Positions 30,297 through 54,053 of a DNA stretch of 64,000 nucleotides are shown in pieces. A program made the position numbers and the translations under genes. A model generated the notes under the pieces. That model was not told where the DNA came from, searched no databases, and saw nothing but the letters and a program-made list of their open reading frames with translations. Origin of the DNA: the human T2T-CHM13v2.0 reference genome, Homo sapiens. Location of the stretch: the NCBI RefSeq assembly GCF_009914755.1, contig NC_060934.1; one strand, given 5' to 3'. Each line of letters opens with the position of its first letter. Positions within the stretch are counted from its first letter, which is position 1.

Positions 30297-32972
30297 GGCC
30301 CGGGCGAGCTGGGCGGGCGCGGGTCTCCGGGACGGTCTGGGGTGGCTAGGGGGTGCGGCGCCCGGCGGGGATCCGAATAGGGGGCAGCCAGCGTACGGTG
30401 TGGGAACTCGGGCCGGCGCGGGAGCCTGCGGTCAAGGGGGCTCAGCACTTTGTAAACAAGGAGTGGGAAGCGTTAAAAAAACGCTCGTAGGGAAAACCAG
30501 GGAAGGGCGGACATAGCGCCAGGGTGGCAGGAATGGAGCCCGGGCAAAGACGGCCCTGCCGTGGGCCCTAGCGCTCCCTTCGTCGGCCCCTGGAGCTGCG
30601 GCCGGGCGTGGGTCAGTCGTTCACGGGCCCGGAAATTCCACTGGGACACCCGAAAAAGTGCTGCACGCCGCCTGAGGGAGACGGAAAGGGACCCGGGGCA
30701 CTGAGTCCATTGCTGGGGTCGCCAGGGTACGTGGCAGGACCCGCTGTGCACACTCGGGACTGAGGAGACCCCTGGGACGCGGAGAGCCGCTCCAGGGCAG
30801 AACCAGTCCGTCAGCATTTAGCCTTCCACGGGCCTGAGGGTGCGAGCCCTGCGGGGGCCACAGGGTCATTGTCCAAAGTCATCCCCGTTTGCACTGTGGC
30901 AGCACCGAACCCGGAAGTAACAGCTTTGGCAGGTCTTTGATGGTGATCCAGTGGCAGGAGGAGCTCAGCTGGAATGGGAATCAGGAAAGAGACCTGGCTT
31001 CTGCCATTTATTGGCACTTCACCCTTCTGAACCTCAGCTTTCAAATGAGAGCTGGCTTCCAGGTCTAGAATACAATGAGTGTGAGAAAAATAACTGAGAG
31101 GCGTTGGGACTTCAGTAACTACTCATTCCTTAACCAGTTGTTGATTGTGCCTGTTGTGCCAGGATGAAATATTTGTTAATAATAGAGACCAGAAAGGAGA
31201 GGGGGGAAAAAACAAGCATATGTATGATTCAAGCAATGAAGAGCTACTCTCCGGAGTTGGCTCTTTCCTGTGCTTCACTTCGTACTTGAAGATGCCACAA
31301 TGCCTGGCTTCCTTATCAACCAGCTGAACTCCGAATTGTGCCTTACAGGATGCGAAGAATCCGGTAGGGCAGTGGCAAGACTTTAACAGCTGTGGTTTAC
31401 AACCTTCTTATTAAATTAAGTCTAATGCGAGCTAAAGTGTTAAGATAGTCTCCATTTAGAAAGGAAAGAGGCTTACAATGAGAATTTTTGAAAAATAAGC
31501 CTGAGACTGTGCTGTCTCTATCGTTGCATTTGCTTTTCACAGTCCTTGGCACCCACTGCCTTTTTGTCTCCCTCGGTTTCTAACCCGTTCTGTTTTCTTG
31601 CATTTGTTCAGTATAAGGAGTATTTCCTGTATGCTTCGGCAACTATTTTCCATAGACTCTGCTTGTGTTCTCCTTATAAAACCAGAACAAGAGCAGTGCA
31701 AAAAAGAAAACGACCCTGATAGGAATGCGCTGATAACCTTACTTTCCCTACTCTCCAAACCTGAATTGGGCACCCTTGGTTTTAGCAAGAGATAGAACTC
31801 AACAGTTTGCATACACTTGCGGATCTGCCTGTAACCCCACTTCCTATTTCACAGCCTAATCTCGGATGATACCACAATGCCCACAGTATGCTGATCACCA
31901 CCAACAGCAGATGGAGTCGGATAAAAAGAGCTTTCTCGCTAGTGTGTTGTTTTAAAAGAACCTGATGGAGAGCTATGATCATATGTAACACTGCCTCTAG
32001 TTAGTTTTTAAATAACACTTGTAGCATATGTCTGGCGCCTGTGCTCAGGATTTCAACAGATCATTTTCAGGATTTTGACATTTAACTGGCTTCTTATGAA
32101 GTAGCAGAGAGTTCCAAAATGTAGAACTGAAATATAAGCTCCACACACAGGCAGAGATTTGAGTCTGATTTGTTTGTGTGTATATCCCAAGTGCCTAAAA
32201 GCACTTGGCATACGGTAGATGCACAATAGATTCCTGTTAAATGTATTTTTAGGTGAAAATGTAGTCTGTACTTTGCATAAACTTGTCCTACTTTCTTCCT
32301 AGTTCTTTAATAAGTAACCTACTTTTCATTATATATTTTTAAATGAAAAAACAAAATTATATCTGGCATCACTACTTTGGCTGGGCTATAAAGAAACAGG
32401 AATTTGGCAGTATGTATTAAAATTACAAATGCATATATACTCGGAGCCTTGAATTTCATTTCCAGGGATTTATGCCACAGATGTTTCCACACATAAGAAA
32501 TAACAAGGTGTTTCTTATTGTTGAGAATAGCAAAAGATTGGAAACAAGCTAAGTATCTATCAACAGGATACTAGTTAAATTATGATAGAGCCATATGTTT
32601 GAACATTGTGCAGCTGTTAATCAAAAAAACAGAAAGTTCTTTGTTTTAACATTAAGATCTCCAAGATTTTTTTGTTAAGTGAAAAACACAGAAATACGGT
32701 ACAGAATATTGTATTAAATTGTATATGCATTAAACTAGGACAAAGTAACATGAGGTATGAGAACACAGTAGATGGAAAGCATAAGAAATAGACTTCATTG
32801 TATTCATATTTAAACTTTTTGATATTCAAAATTTCAGAATGTTTTATCTATTCAAATAGTGAAAATGTTTAAAATTTTTCTGGCATCTTTTTGTTGTTGT
32901 TGTTGTTATTAAAACATTCAGGCTTCTTCTGTTTTATAAAAGTTTACCTGAGTAAAATAAACATATCAAGGA

Positions 32973-33264
32973 GGCTGGGTGCAGTGGCTCATGCCTATAA
33001 TCCCAGCACTTTGGGAGGCTGAGGCGGGCAGATTGCTTGAGCTCAGGAATTCAAGACCAACCTGGGCAACATGGCAAGACCCCATCTCTAATGAAAATAC
33101 AAAAAAAAAAAAATAGCCAGGCATGGTGGTGTGTGCCTGTGGTCTCAGCTACTCCAGAGGCTGAAGTAGGAGGATCACTTCAACCCAGGAGGTGGAGGTT
33201 GCAGTTAGTCAAGATTGTGACACTGCACTCCAGCCTGAGTAACAGAGTGAGACCATGTCTCAAA

Positions 33265-33295
<31 letters not shown>

Positions 33296-33297
33296 AA
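32973..33297 (+). mobile_element. Alu with (TAAA)n tail
   Basis: Alu consensus. Confidence 0.95.
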
Positions 33298-33918
33298 TCA
33301 GGTAAGCTAGTGCTCATAGGCAAACTTTTGAAAACCTCAGAGTTTTTGTTCAGATTGAATGATGTCTGTTTCTTACCGTAATAATTTAAAATCCAGGTAC
33401 ATTTATTTTGAGGCTTAGTATACATTTTATCAAATGTATATAAATTTTCAGAAGTACTCTATTTTTCTTCAAGTTTAGTAGAGCCTTCCTTGAACAAGTT
33501 TTAACAAATTGGATCCTCCATTTTAAACAATAAAATTAGAATTTCATGGATCATTTGTCTGTTAATTAAGGTCAACAAAATATATTTTGGGAAAAACGCT
33601 AAAGGCATATGTTTCTCTGTGTATCTGTTCACTCACCCATTTTGTAATATCAACTGCTTCTTGTTTCCATGGGTTACACAGATGCCCTGTAAATGATTTT
33701 GTCTGATATGTTTCAGTATTTGATTATATTTATTTGTGGGCTTAATTTCCAGAAATCTCAAAGAGAATAATGAGTACAATAGCAGTCAGATTTGCATAAC
33801 ACATCTTTAAGGGTTTTAGGAGATTTATTAATATTTTCTTGTGAAATCTCACTGCTTTCACTATATAAATTCATATGATCAGTTTTAACTATTATTAAAG
33901 ACAAATATTAGTACTTGT

Positions 33919-34239
<321 letters not shown>

Positions 34240-34260
34240 TTATACAAATTAGGACATTCT

Positions 34261-34596
34261 TGTCATACCCAACTAACTCAAAGAGTCCAGGAGTGGGGGG
34301 AAAAATCACTCAGGGCACATAGCACCAGCTCCAAAAATTAAATTTTCTGCAAGCCCAGCTGCTAAAACAGCCTGCTGTAACCATAAGAATAGTTTTACCT
34401 AGTAGCTGCTGAAATGACCTACTGTGACTCATAGACTAGTGTTACCTACTGCTGTCTTCAGCAATCAGAGTTTGCCAGCTCCCCAAAGCTTCTCCAGTAG
34501 CAGTGAGCTTTCTTTTAAAACAAAACATAACATTTCTCCTTCTAATAAACTACCAACCTTCTTTTTGTTCTTTGAGCATACCAAAGACCACCTGTA

Positions 34597-34648
<52 letters not shown>

Positions 34649-34721
34649 CCAAATTCCAATTCTGTGATTCCCAAATAAGATGTTTAGAGATTCATCTCTA
34701 TATTTTATTTTGATTTCTACA
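34261..34721 (+). mobile_element. ERV1-class (MER4-group-like) 5' LTR
   Basis: TG...CA ends, AATAAA, followed by a PBS; 3' end matches the remnant at 40424-40512. Confidence 0.8.
34602..34645. repeat. (TA)n microsatellite inside the LTR
   Basis: About 22 units. Confidence 0.95.
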
Positions 34722-34725
34722 TACT

Positions 34726-34743
34726 TGAAGTCAGAAGTGGGAT
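34726..34743 (+). other. Primer-binding site, tRNA-Leu(CAA)-like
   Basis: TGAAGTCAGAAGTGGGAT versus TGGTGTCAGAAGTGGGAT (16/18). Confidence 0.75.
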
Positions 34744-35264
34744 CCAAAGCAGGCTCACCTTGGAGAATTAGCACCTGGAATGTGGCATGAAGTACCCAAA
34801 TTCAGGCCTCTTGAGCCCCCAAACTTCTACGAGCCACCTCTTTTCCCCATGGTGAGTCTCTGTTGGCTTGAACTCATATTTTTTCTTTTGGTTTAGTTCA
34901 GTTTTATTTGGGAATTGGTTGGGAGGCATCCTTCCCCGCTACCAGCTATGAAATCTTCTGTTTAGGGGAACTTTCTCCCTCCTTGCTATAGACTTGGTTA
35001 AGATGAATACGTTTTTCTTCCTGGTTATGAGGACTCCTGTTTAAAAGGGATTTTTTTCTCTCTTTTGTTAAAGAAGGCTTATTATCCCTCTTGGGGAGTA
35101 CATACTTTATTTTCTGATTCATTTGCACACTTGGATTTTAAATTGGTTTTTGTGGCCAGGCGCCATGGCTCATGCCCGTAATCCCAGCACTTTAGGAGGC
35201 TGAGGCAGGCCGATCATTTGAGCCCAGGAGTTCAAGACCAGCTGGGCAGCATAGTGAGACCCCA

Positions 35265-35268
<4 letters not shown>

Positions 35269-35324
<56 letters not shown>
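35269..35324. repeat. (TA)n microsatellite forming the tail of an Alu monomer (35153-35268)
   Basis: About 28 units. Confidence 0.95.
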
Positions 35325-35327
<3 letters not shown>

Positions 35328-35751
35328 TTTTTGTGTATTTGTCATTAAACCAAGTCAGCTAAATTTATTTACAAATGGGCTCTCAAAGTTCAAAGGCATG
35401 CCAAAATAATTCCCCCTTCTGAGACTCCAGCTGACGTGTTCAAACATTATAGGGATCATTAAAAAAGTCCGTTTTTCTTAAAACTAAAGTAAAGGGCCAC
35501 ATCTATGAAATCATACAGTCCAAATAGGACAGATATCTCAATTGGTATCTTGAGGCTCAAAGACTCACATTCAAGACTCAAAGATTGCCTCACTGCAAAG
35601 TACTGTCACAAAGCTACCTGGGACTCATTCTTCCCCAAAACCTTTCCATCCCCTTCCTCCTCCTCCTCCCCTTTATCCTTCTCTATGCTAAACTCTCTTT
35701 TTCCAAAACTCCTCAACTATTCTGGCATACTGATTAATAAGAATCTATTCT

Positions 35752-37830
<2,079 letters not shown>

Positions 37831-38765
37831 AACTATATGGTCTTTGTTTTTGTTTGTATGTTTTTATGGGTTTTTTATTTCTATATGCATATGATCATTT
37901 TCTACCAGAATATATAAAAGAGCTCTAATTATTTGACTTAAGATTATTTTCTACCAAAATATATTAAAGAACCCTAATTATTTGACTTAAAAGGAAAAAT
38001 TAAGTGCTCAAATCTAATATTTTGTTAAAAAATATAATAACTAAAATTTTTTTAGTTCACAGGACTTAAGTAAATCTTTGATAATAAGCTAATTTTAAAT
38101 TTGTTGATAAAATAAAAATAAAAATGTCTTCAAAATTGTTAGCACACATTTGGGGGTACGGAGTGGCTTGATTTGCTGGTCAGACAAGATTATATTTGTC
38201 CTTGCTAGCTGCTTTAAGATCATAAAAGTATGAGTTTCACCGCAAAATAAATGTACAGATGAGAGTACAATGCAGTGTCCATTGTTCCCTGTATACCAAG
38301 CACAACAATTTAACTTTTAAGGGTTTTTCTTTAACAGAAAAAGTAAGATAATGACCAGCTCTGTGTAATATCTCAGTGGCTTTCTTTCTCAACGTTTTTG
38401 CCAATTTCCGTAGCTTTTTTTTTTTTTTTCTCATTTCTGACTGTGCTGTTGTGTGTTGGTACATGTTTGTCTTAAAGGCCTGAGAGAACAATGCTTCCTC
38501 TGGTATAACTTGATTCTGTACTCCTGGCTTTTCTTGGTGTGTCAAAGTTGTTCTGTGTAACCAGGCAAATTTACAGTCATACATCCTCCTGCGCAAGGTA
38601 CAGGTTTCTTGTTTACATTACTCTTCTATAACGTGGTGTATATTCATAACCTTAGTCACATACTCTTCCAGTGTTTAATTAAATGCTAGTACCTTTTCAT
38701 GAAGTTTGACTTCCAGGTAATTCAAACAGGCATCCTAGAAAGAGAAACAGTCGTACTACAAGAGG

Positions 38766-40257
<1,492 letters not shown>

Positions 40258-42987
40258 TGATTAAATAAATGGCTATTATTTCTCAATGGCATGCAATTCT
40301 ACTTTAATTAAATATTTTAAGCCTTTAACATCTTTGCCACTTTCCCAAAACCAAATTCTAATTTAAAAGTTTTTTTAACCTAAAATTGACTTTGGGATTG
40401 TCCTTTGGGCCTCTGGAAAACCTCTGTAATCTGTGTATGCTCTGAATTACAATTCTGTGATTCCCAAATAAAATGCCTAGAGATTCATCTCTATTTTCTT
40501 TTGACTTCAACATAGTAAAGGGCTAAGAGACAGATTGCCACCTAGAGCTTTTTTCCAAAATTATGTAGCCCTGGCTGCCTAATAGAAGAAAATTTAGTAA
40601 TTGGCCTTCAAATTTAAAATGTGTAATCACCCAATCAATAATTCAGATATATTTTAATTGATAATTTGTTCTGCTGTTATCCTCTAAATTAAATATACAC
40701 TCATTTTAGTTTCACTCAGGCACTAAGGAAATGACCCTAAAATTAATAAAAATCAGCAATAAATAATTTATTATTTGAGATCATTTAGACTACATGAAAA
40801 ACATTTACTATTTGTCACATTTGGGCACACAATGTTTCTATATGAAACACAGCTAAGATATAAATAATATTTCTTGATTCAAAAATAAAAGTCCTTCCCT
40901 AATATCGGGAACAAGGCAAAAATTCATGCTTTTGCCACTCCTAGTCAACATTGCACTGGAAATTCTAGCAAGTATCAAACAGTAAGTACATCGGTGGAGG
41001 AAACTTTATGTAAATTTGTATAATCTGGTACAGTAGATAAAAACATCCAAACAAATTATAGTATTAAAATCCATAGGATTGGTATATTGAGGTGGGTGGG
41101 AGGATAAAAGGAGATAATATATATCAGCACATTCCTATCAAGGCACAGTTTCCCTTTTGCAATATGCCCTTGTTCTCATTTTAGAAAGAGATTACAAGGG
41201 GATTTCATGGAAAATAGTTTCAGGAGCAAAACCTGGCATATGGCATATCATAACAATAAACGATAAAGATGGTTCCTGCTCCCTCCAGGCTCTGTAATGC
41301 TCCCCGATTCACCGTCTCTTACAAGTTCCCTTAACCTACCCTCACCTTTGTGAATAGCCTATCTTTAAGTCTGTTCCCACTTAATTCATTTGAGTGGACT
41401 TCTCTCTGACAAGACCCTGACTAATACACTTGATTAACTGCTTTCCTAAACAGGAACAGTTTGGGAACACAACAGGTCTTTGATAAATGTTTGTGCAACT
41501 AAAATTAGAAGGATTCCAGGAACATCTCAGCAAAAAAGTAATAGCAAACATCCTAAGAGAAAGTGAAATGAAAAGAGGAGAACACTGTATCAGAAAGCAG
41601 CAAAGAAGGCTCAAGAGTTGCCCAGTTTCAAAACATTCAGTGAAGACATTTCAATAAGCATCAAGGTCATTGAACATTTTGTGGTGTTCGTTATGACATC
41701 TGCAAGTGACCTTCAGTACTCAATGCTCTAAGGTAATGCTCCTAAAAGATATTGCAACCTCCCAACAGTGAGATTTTTTAAAATAAAAATACAGGTTTGC
41801 CAGGAACTTCTTCCCTTGCCTCTACTCACTGATATCTCAAATCATTAGAATGGAAGAGGGAGAGGGACAGAACATCCTCTTACCTAGGCAGGTTCTTACA
41901 TATGGTAATTTGCATAATCACTGGCACATGTAAAACCAGCCCCCTCTATCACAGGATGCCAGCTAATGCTTAAAAAATTCAGATTTGTGTCCTCAAATAC
42001 AAGCTTCCATAACTTTAAAAAATTGTGAGAACTTTCCATTTTTATTCTAACTTTGATATTATTCATACCTTCTAAAAATACAACAAACAACATCATATGT
42101 CAATTACCATTCACTCAAAAGAATATATCTTATGGAAAGAGATGAGTTGTATCTTAATATGGCAACCTATCTAAGAAAAAAAGGATTTTTACTAATTCCT
42201 TAGATTTGCATAGCTATTGAAGAACTTTGATTATGAAAATTATTGAGGTTTTGGAAGAGAAAATAAGTCAGCATTCAGGGAACACTGATACTATAGCTGT
42301 TGATATTATCAAGACAGCATTTAGGGAGCTGTCATGGCAACCATAATTTAATCCTCCATGAGTGTCTTGGAACACCCAGGCACCCCCGGAAATGAGGAGG
42401 GTGATTCAGCGGGCGGCACACTCCTGTCCTTATGAGTCAGGAAAATACCAGTGCTCTCACTCACATTGCTGGAGGCACCATTCTATGAGATATAAAATGC
42501 AGCCACTATGTGATCTGTGACAGTTGCACAAGAGCAAAATGTTGGCTTCATTCAATATTCCTGCCAAGTCTATTTTGATTGATTTTGAGACAAATGTTCA
42601 CTTCATGACTAATGCAGAGCCTTGATCTCTCATCTTTTTGTCTTTTAGGCAAATCACAGCATAGTCTTCACTTTGATCTTTGGGGTGTAAGGTCAGTGGG
42701 AAGGTTTAAAGCTTTGAACGTTTTTTTCACCACCTTACTGGTTTTGTTTGAAGGTTAGTGAGAGAAAAGGTTAAAATTAATGGCTAAAATGAGATAGTTT
42801 TAGCTTTCATTTCCTGGTATAACATCACAGATTCTAGAATTGTCAGGACTACCAAGTTTAAATCTAGATGTGCAGTAAAGCCTCTGTGCTTTGCATATTC
42901 TATAAAATCTGTGAAATCAAAGTGAACTGTTCTCTGACTCTGAAATATCTATTCACTATCCACGGTGTGCTAAGTCCAAAAGATTTA

Positions 42988-44135
<1,148 letters not shown>

Positions 44136-44709
44136 AGTTTCCCATAGCTTCACACAAATAAACCAAGTTGCTGCCTGCTTTCCCAGTCTTGTATGAATAA
44201 GATTCTTCAAAGTGTTGATATTGAATTTCCTTGTTGCAAATCCACATTATTTCTGTAAAGTTTCCCATGCCTTCACTTCAATGGTTAATTGAAAACAGGA
44301 GTAGATTCCCCTTTGTGATGTGCTTCTCTTAAATCACAAAGCTTCCGGAGCCCTCCTTCTTAGTGGCTAACAAATTTATTTATTCTCATATTAATCAGTC
44401 TGTTGAAACAAGATTGCATATTCTCTGTCAAACTGGTTCCACTTCATCTCGCTGACCTTCGTTCTCCTGTATGTTTGCAGTACCCCACTGGCTGATACAG
44501 AATGGGACTGCATTGCAAGTATGACTCAAAAGAGGCTTCAGTTTGATTAAAATCTGCTCTTTGATATTTACTTTTTAAACTTTTAGACATATGATGTTTT
44601 TAGTTTACACAAATTCACATTCTGTTGTCAGAAAACTTTATTTTACCCTATTTAAAATGGTAGTTATTTTCACGATAGGTATAAAATAAAAGAGGAGTTC
44701 TGAAAACAG

Positions 44710-45987
<1,278 letters not shown>

Positions 45988-46469
45988 TAATTGTATTCAG
46001 AAGAAAAGCTGTACGTGGAAGTGCCAACCTTTCAGGAAGTGGCTACAGAATAAAGTATGACACTCCATCAAGTTAAATTAAATTAAAATCACATCTGATT
46101 AAATCATTTTAAAAGATGAGCCTGGCATGGCAACACTTTGTGTAACCACCATAGCTTTGCAGTGAGTCATGGTGAGATGTACTCCCGGTGTTATATAATA
46201 TACAATGAATTCTTTGAAAAGTGATCAAAATTTCCAATACACAGTATTAAAATAAGTACTGGATTAGGTAAAGGAACAGAGCCATTTTACTGCAGTAAGA
46301 TGAACCTTTTTTCATTTGAATAGCACAGAAAAATATATTGCTGATCTTTTTGCTCTTCCTGGCTTCCCCTTCACATTGCTGTTTGAATGCTTCGTCTGGA
46401 ATAACTTAAAAGAGGAAGAATTCCATGGTGTCGCATACAGAAGGCCTTTCTCTGGGCAGTGCTTGTCAG

Positions 46470-47150
46470 TTCTCTATGTAAATAGGGATAACAAAGACCC
46501 CAAGAGATGAACAGACAAAGGACAAAGTAGACAATTCACAAAAGAGGAAATTCAGTTGTTTAACAAACAGTGGGAAAAGGTTCCATCTCACTAGTAATCA
46601 AAGATATGCAAATTAAAACACTACTGAGAGACCCAAAGTGTTTGGTTGGTTGTTTTTTTATGACAATACAGTAATGGCATCAGTGTGAAAGCTGCTTTCT
46701 TGCACATTGCTAGGAGCAGTGTAAATGGACTCAGCTCTGTTAAAAAAAAATTGGCAATGATACAAATAAAAGACAAAGCATTAAAAATGTTTATGCTTTT
46801 TGAACTACTAATTTCACTCTTAGGGATCCATCCTAAATAAGCCTAAATATGAAAAATATTTTGTATACACTAGAGCATGCATCACAGTGCTACTATTTGT
46901 AATAGCAAAAGGAAAAACTAAATAAATGTGTGATATGTTAAAGTATGGCTCACTATACTGAAACGTGAAGCAATTAAAATTGTTTTATGAAGTGTTTCTA
47001 ATCACCTAGGAAAAGACTTATGTTATCATGTAATATGAGAGATGAGGTCATGAACACTATGAAACACCCATGAAAATAAACAGGTTTTTTTAAAGATGAA
47101 GAAAACAATTATTTTTTTAAAAAGTAACTATGAAAGAAAATACACTAAAA
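46470..47150 (+). mobile_element. Old L1ME-like fragment
   Basis: CTCACTAGTAATCAAAGATATGCAAATTAAAACA motif. Confidence 0.65.
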
Positions 47151-47157
47151 ATGTTAA

Positions 47158-48408
<1,251 letters not shown>

Positions 48409-49225
48409 CATATTGTTATTTTTCAAAAAGAAAGAAAGGAAAATGGTAAAAATAATGATAAATATTGGTATTATTTAGTCTCCAAAAAGAATAGCATGAC
48501 CTTTATCAGAGGTATGTCTAGTTCTCAGAAAAAGAACCCAGAGCAAGAGAAAATGACAGATATTTAATAGGGGGCGAAAGTCTTTTTACATAAAACCTGT
48601 CAAAAAAGAAAATCGTGTTGTAATTTGGGACTGTAGCCTGCTGTCAGTTATTTACAGGAGTTTGAATAGCATTGGGTTGGGTTGTATTATGCCACCTAAA
48701 ATCCAAACCAAATAGGTGTACCCAGTTAAACAGACTTGGGAAGAGAAGTGTGAAGTGTCAGCAGGATTCTTGAAGTCATGGTGGAGGGGAAGAGAAGTGG
48801 CCTGCAGATTTCATCAGCAGTTCTTCCGGTTCCCTCCTTTTTCCTAAAATAATCTCTCTGAATTTATCACTTCTGTTAGGAACATACAATATGTTTTTGG
48901 TACAGATTCTACTTAAATATCAACAATTTTTCCACTCTGTCAGCTGTTCTATAATATGTGATTCTGAAAACAAACCAAAAAAAAATAATAAATACTGGAA
49001 CGCTTTCTGCTTTTAAAGTTTGCTCTTAAATGATGTGACCCCTTTTATGATGGATGTTGTTAGCTCCAAGGGTGCCAGATTTAGCAATCCATTATTTATC
49101 CTCTTCTCCTGGGACTCATCGTTTTTCCTACATTACCACATTTCACGTTCACAGCCCTTTTAATGCTCACACCCTGCACTGTTTTGTGTACATTCCATTC
49201 ATCCTGCTCAGCCATTATGGGTTAT

Positions 49226-49288
49226 TGCCATCTGGTGGAAAAACAGGGTTGACTACCAGATGGTAGTTTTGAAATTCCGGAAGTGAAA
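49226..49288. promoter_or_regulatory. Candidate distal element: divergent CTCF-like pair plus ETS/ETS-IRF motif
   Basis: CCACCAGATGGCA (-) 49226-49238; CTACCAGATGGTA (+) 49253-49265; CCGGAAGTGAAA 49277-49288. Confidence 0.5.
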
Positions 49289-49478
49289 TGAAGTTGTTTT
49301 CATCAGGGAAAAACACATTTATGTCTCATGCATATTCTGGTGTTCTAAAACAACGAGCGTTTTTCTGTTCCATTGCACATGGGGAAGTATACAACGATTT
49401 CAGCTGCTGAACACATTAAAAAATTGACTTTCTGTATACACTACACAAAAATCGTGCTTGTAAAAAAGTTAGGTCCCC

Positions 49479-51177
<1,699 letters not shown>

Positions 51178-51230
51178 AGGATTGTTGTGGTTAAAAAGAT
51201 ATTAATGAGACATAATTATCAACCATATTC

Positions 51231-52030
<800 letters not shown>

Positions 52031-52394
52031 AGAACTTACTTTTAATTGGTTGAAAAATATAAAAAGAGAAATAAAGCATCCATGGCAAAATATTAACAAT
52101 TGATTAATCTAGATGAAAGGCTTATGTATGTTCATTGTTCAGTTTTCTCAAATTTTAGTTAAGCTTCACATTTTTAAAAATAAAAACTTGGGAGAAAAAC
52201 ACAATTGAAGAGAATGGTCCATTAAAAACCTTCAAGAGAGAAGAAATCCTTTGTCAGCACATAAAACAAGATGCCACTGACACAATGGCTAATCCACTGA
52301 GTGCATTACTTTAATTATAGGCCGGTTTACCTTATTACTAGACATCAGACTATATGGAAGGTCATTCAGTAGGATCAAAAAACATAAGTAGTTT

Positions 52395-53390
52395 CTACTT
52401 CCGGCCATGATGGAACAACAAGAATTGGATTTACCTTCCTACCTTAACCAGGAAACTGGATAAAAATACATGAAACACCGGTTTCCAGACATTGGACAAC
52501 AGGAAGCTCAGGACAGTATTTCCTAGGAGAAGGAAAACAAATGAGATGAACCCTATCTTTGTCCCAGCTTACTGTCTAGAGAGTGTCTAGGCTGTAGCTC
52601 ATGGAGGGGAAAATGCAAACAGTAAAATAAGTAGATGAAAAGTCTGTCAATAGAAATAAACCTTGAAATGGCACATATGATAAAGTTAATAAAGACATTA
52701 AAACAATTAAAGAACCATGACAAAGAGATACACAGAAGATAATAACCTATGTTGAACTTCTAAATATGACAAATACAGAAATCTACACTGGATGATATTA
52801 ACAGCAAACTGGAAACCACAGGAAAAAAAATATTAGTGGATTTGAACACACAGCAATAAAAACTATCCAAAATGAAACACAGAAGAAAGATTGGAAATTA
52901 AAATGAACAGAGTTTAATGGCTATACGGCAACAAAAAGTGATATAATGTACTTGTAAATAGAGTCCCAGAAGGAGAGAAATATGAGGTGGGAGGGTGGAA
53001 GCAGAAGGACTATTTAAAAATAATGACCAAAAATGTTTATATTTGATGAAAATTATATACCCACACAAGAGCCAAATACTTCAGTGAGCCGGAAGAACAT
53101 AAAACATGATTAAATATACCAAGACATTAACCAAATTGCTTAAAACTAGTGATAAAAAAGAAAAATCTTAAAAGCAGGCAGGAAAAAAAGACACATTAAG
53201 TATATAGACTTTTTATTGCAAATAATGCAAATCAGAAAAGAGTAAATCAATATCTTTAAAGTAATGAAAGTAAAATACAGCCAACATAGAAATCTATATC
53301 TAGTGAGAATGTCTTTCACAAAGGAAGGTCAAATAAAAACCTTTTGAGACATATAAAAGTAGAAAGAATAAACAGCAGCGATACCCAGGT
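52395..53390 (+). mobile_element. Old L1 5'/ORF1 fragment
   Basis: GAGTCCCAGAAGGAGAG, AAAATCTTAAAAGCAG ORF1-like motifs. Confidence 0.6.
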
Positions 53391-53395
53391 AGTAT

Positions 53396-54053
53396 TGTTA
53401 CCAGTAGCGAATCCATATGGGTCTGCAGCAACCTCAGTTCTCCTCAGAAGAAAGAATTCAGCTGAGGTGCTGAAGGCAGGAGACACTGAGGCAAGTTTTA
53501 GAGCAGGAGTGAAAGTTTATTAAGAAGCTTTAGAGCAGGAACAAAAGGAAGGAAAGTATACTTGGAAAAGGGCCAAGCAGACGACTTGAAAGATAAGTGT
53601 GCGGTTTGACCTTTTGACTTGGGGTTTTATATGTTGGCAGACTTCTGGGATCTTGTGTTCCTCTTCCCCTGATTATTCCCTTAGGGTGGGCTGTTCACAT
53701 GTGCAGTGTATTTACTGGAGTTGCACACATGCTCACTTGAGGCATTCTTCCCTTGCCAGTGGGATGTCCCTGGAAGGTCATGTACCAGTTAAACTCTGCC
53801 ATTTTGCCTCTTAATGTGCATGCTTGATCCCACTCCCCCAACTCCTGAGATCTTATAGGGAGGCTGCTGATCACGTTTCAGGTGTTCTGTCTATTTGGAG
53901 ACTGCCTTTTTCTGGCACCAGCTACAACCAGTTATTAATTTAGAGAGACAGTGTGACAGCTGCCTGACCATCACCTGATAGTTGCCTGAAATTCCTGTTA
54001 TCGGGGAGCCCTTTCCTGCTCTGCTCATGCCTGACTAGCTAACTGCTATAATA
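53396..54053 (-). mobile_element. MER50-type 3' LTR
   Basis: Matches the LTR starting at 63527; adjacent polypurine tract (AGAGGGGGGAAA on minus strand) at 54054-54065. Confidence 0.85.

Larger units (their letters stand above)
29330..30920. promoter_or_regulatory. CpG island / ARHGAP12 promoter
   Basis: Very high GC and CpG density against an AT-rich background; GC boxes, E-boxes, CCAAT and ETS motifs. Confidence 0.93.

Noticed and set aside
29172-30869. Many overlapping ORFs up to 247 aa in the CpG island
   Set aside because: Stop-codon scarcity in GC-rich DNA; low-complexity Ala/Arg/Pro/Gly translations, many with non-ATG starts
34726-34745. tRNA gene
   Set aside because: Only the 18-nt complement of a tRNA 3' end (PBS); no cloverleaf
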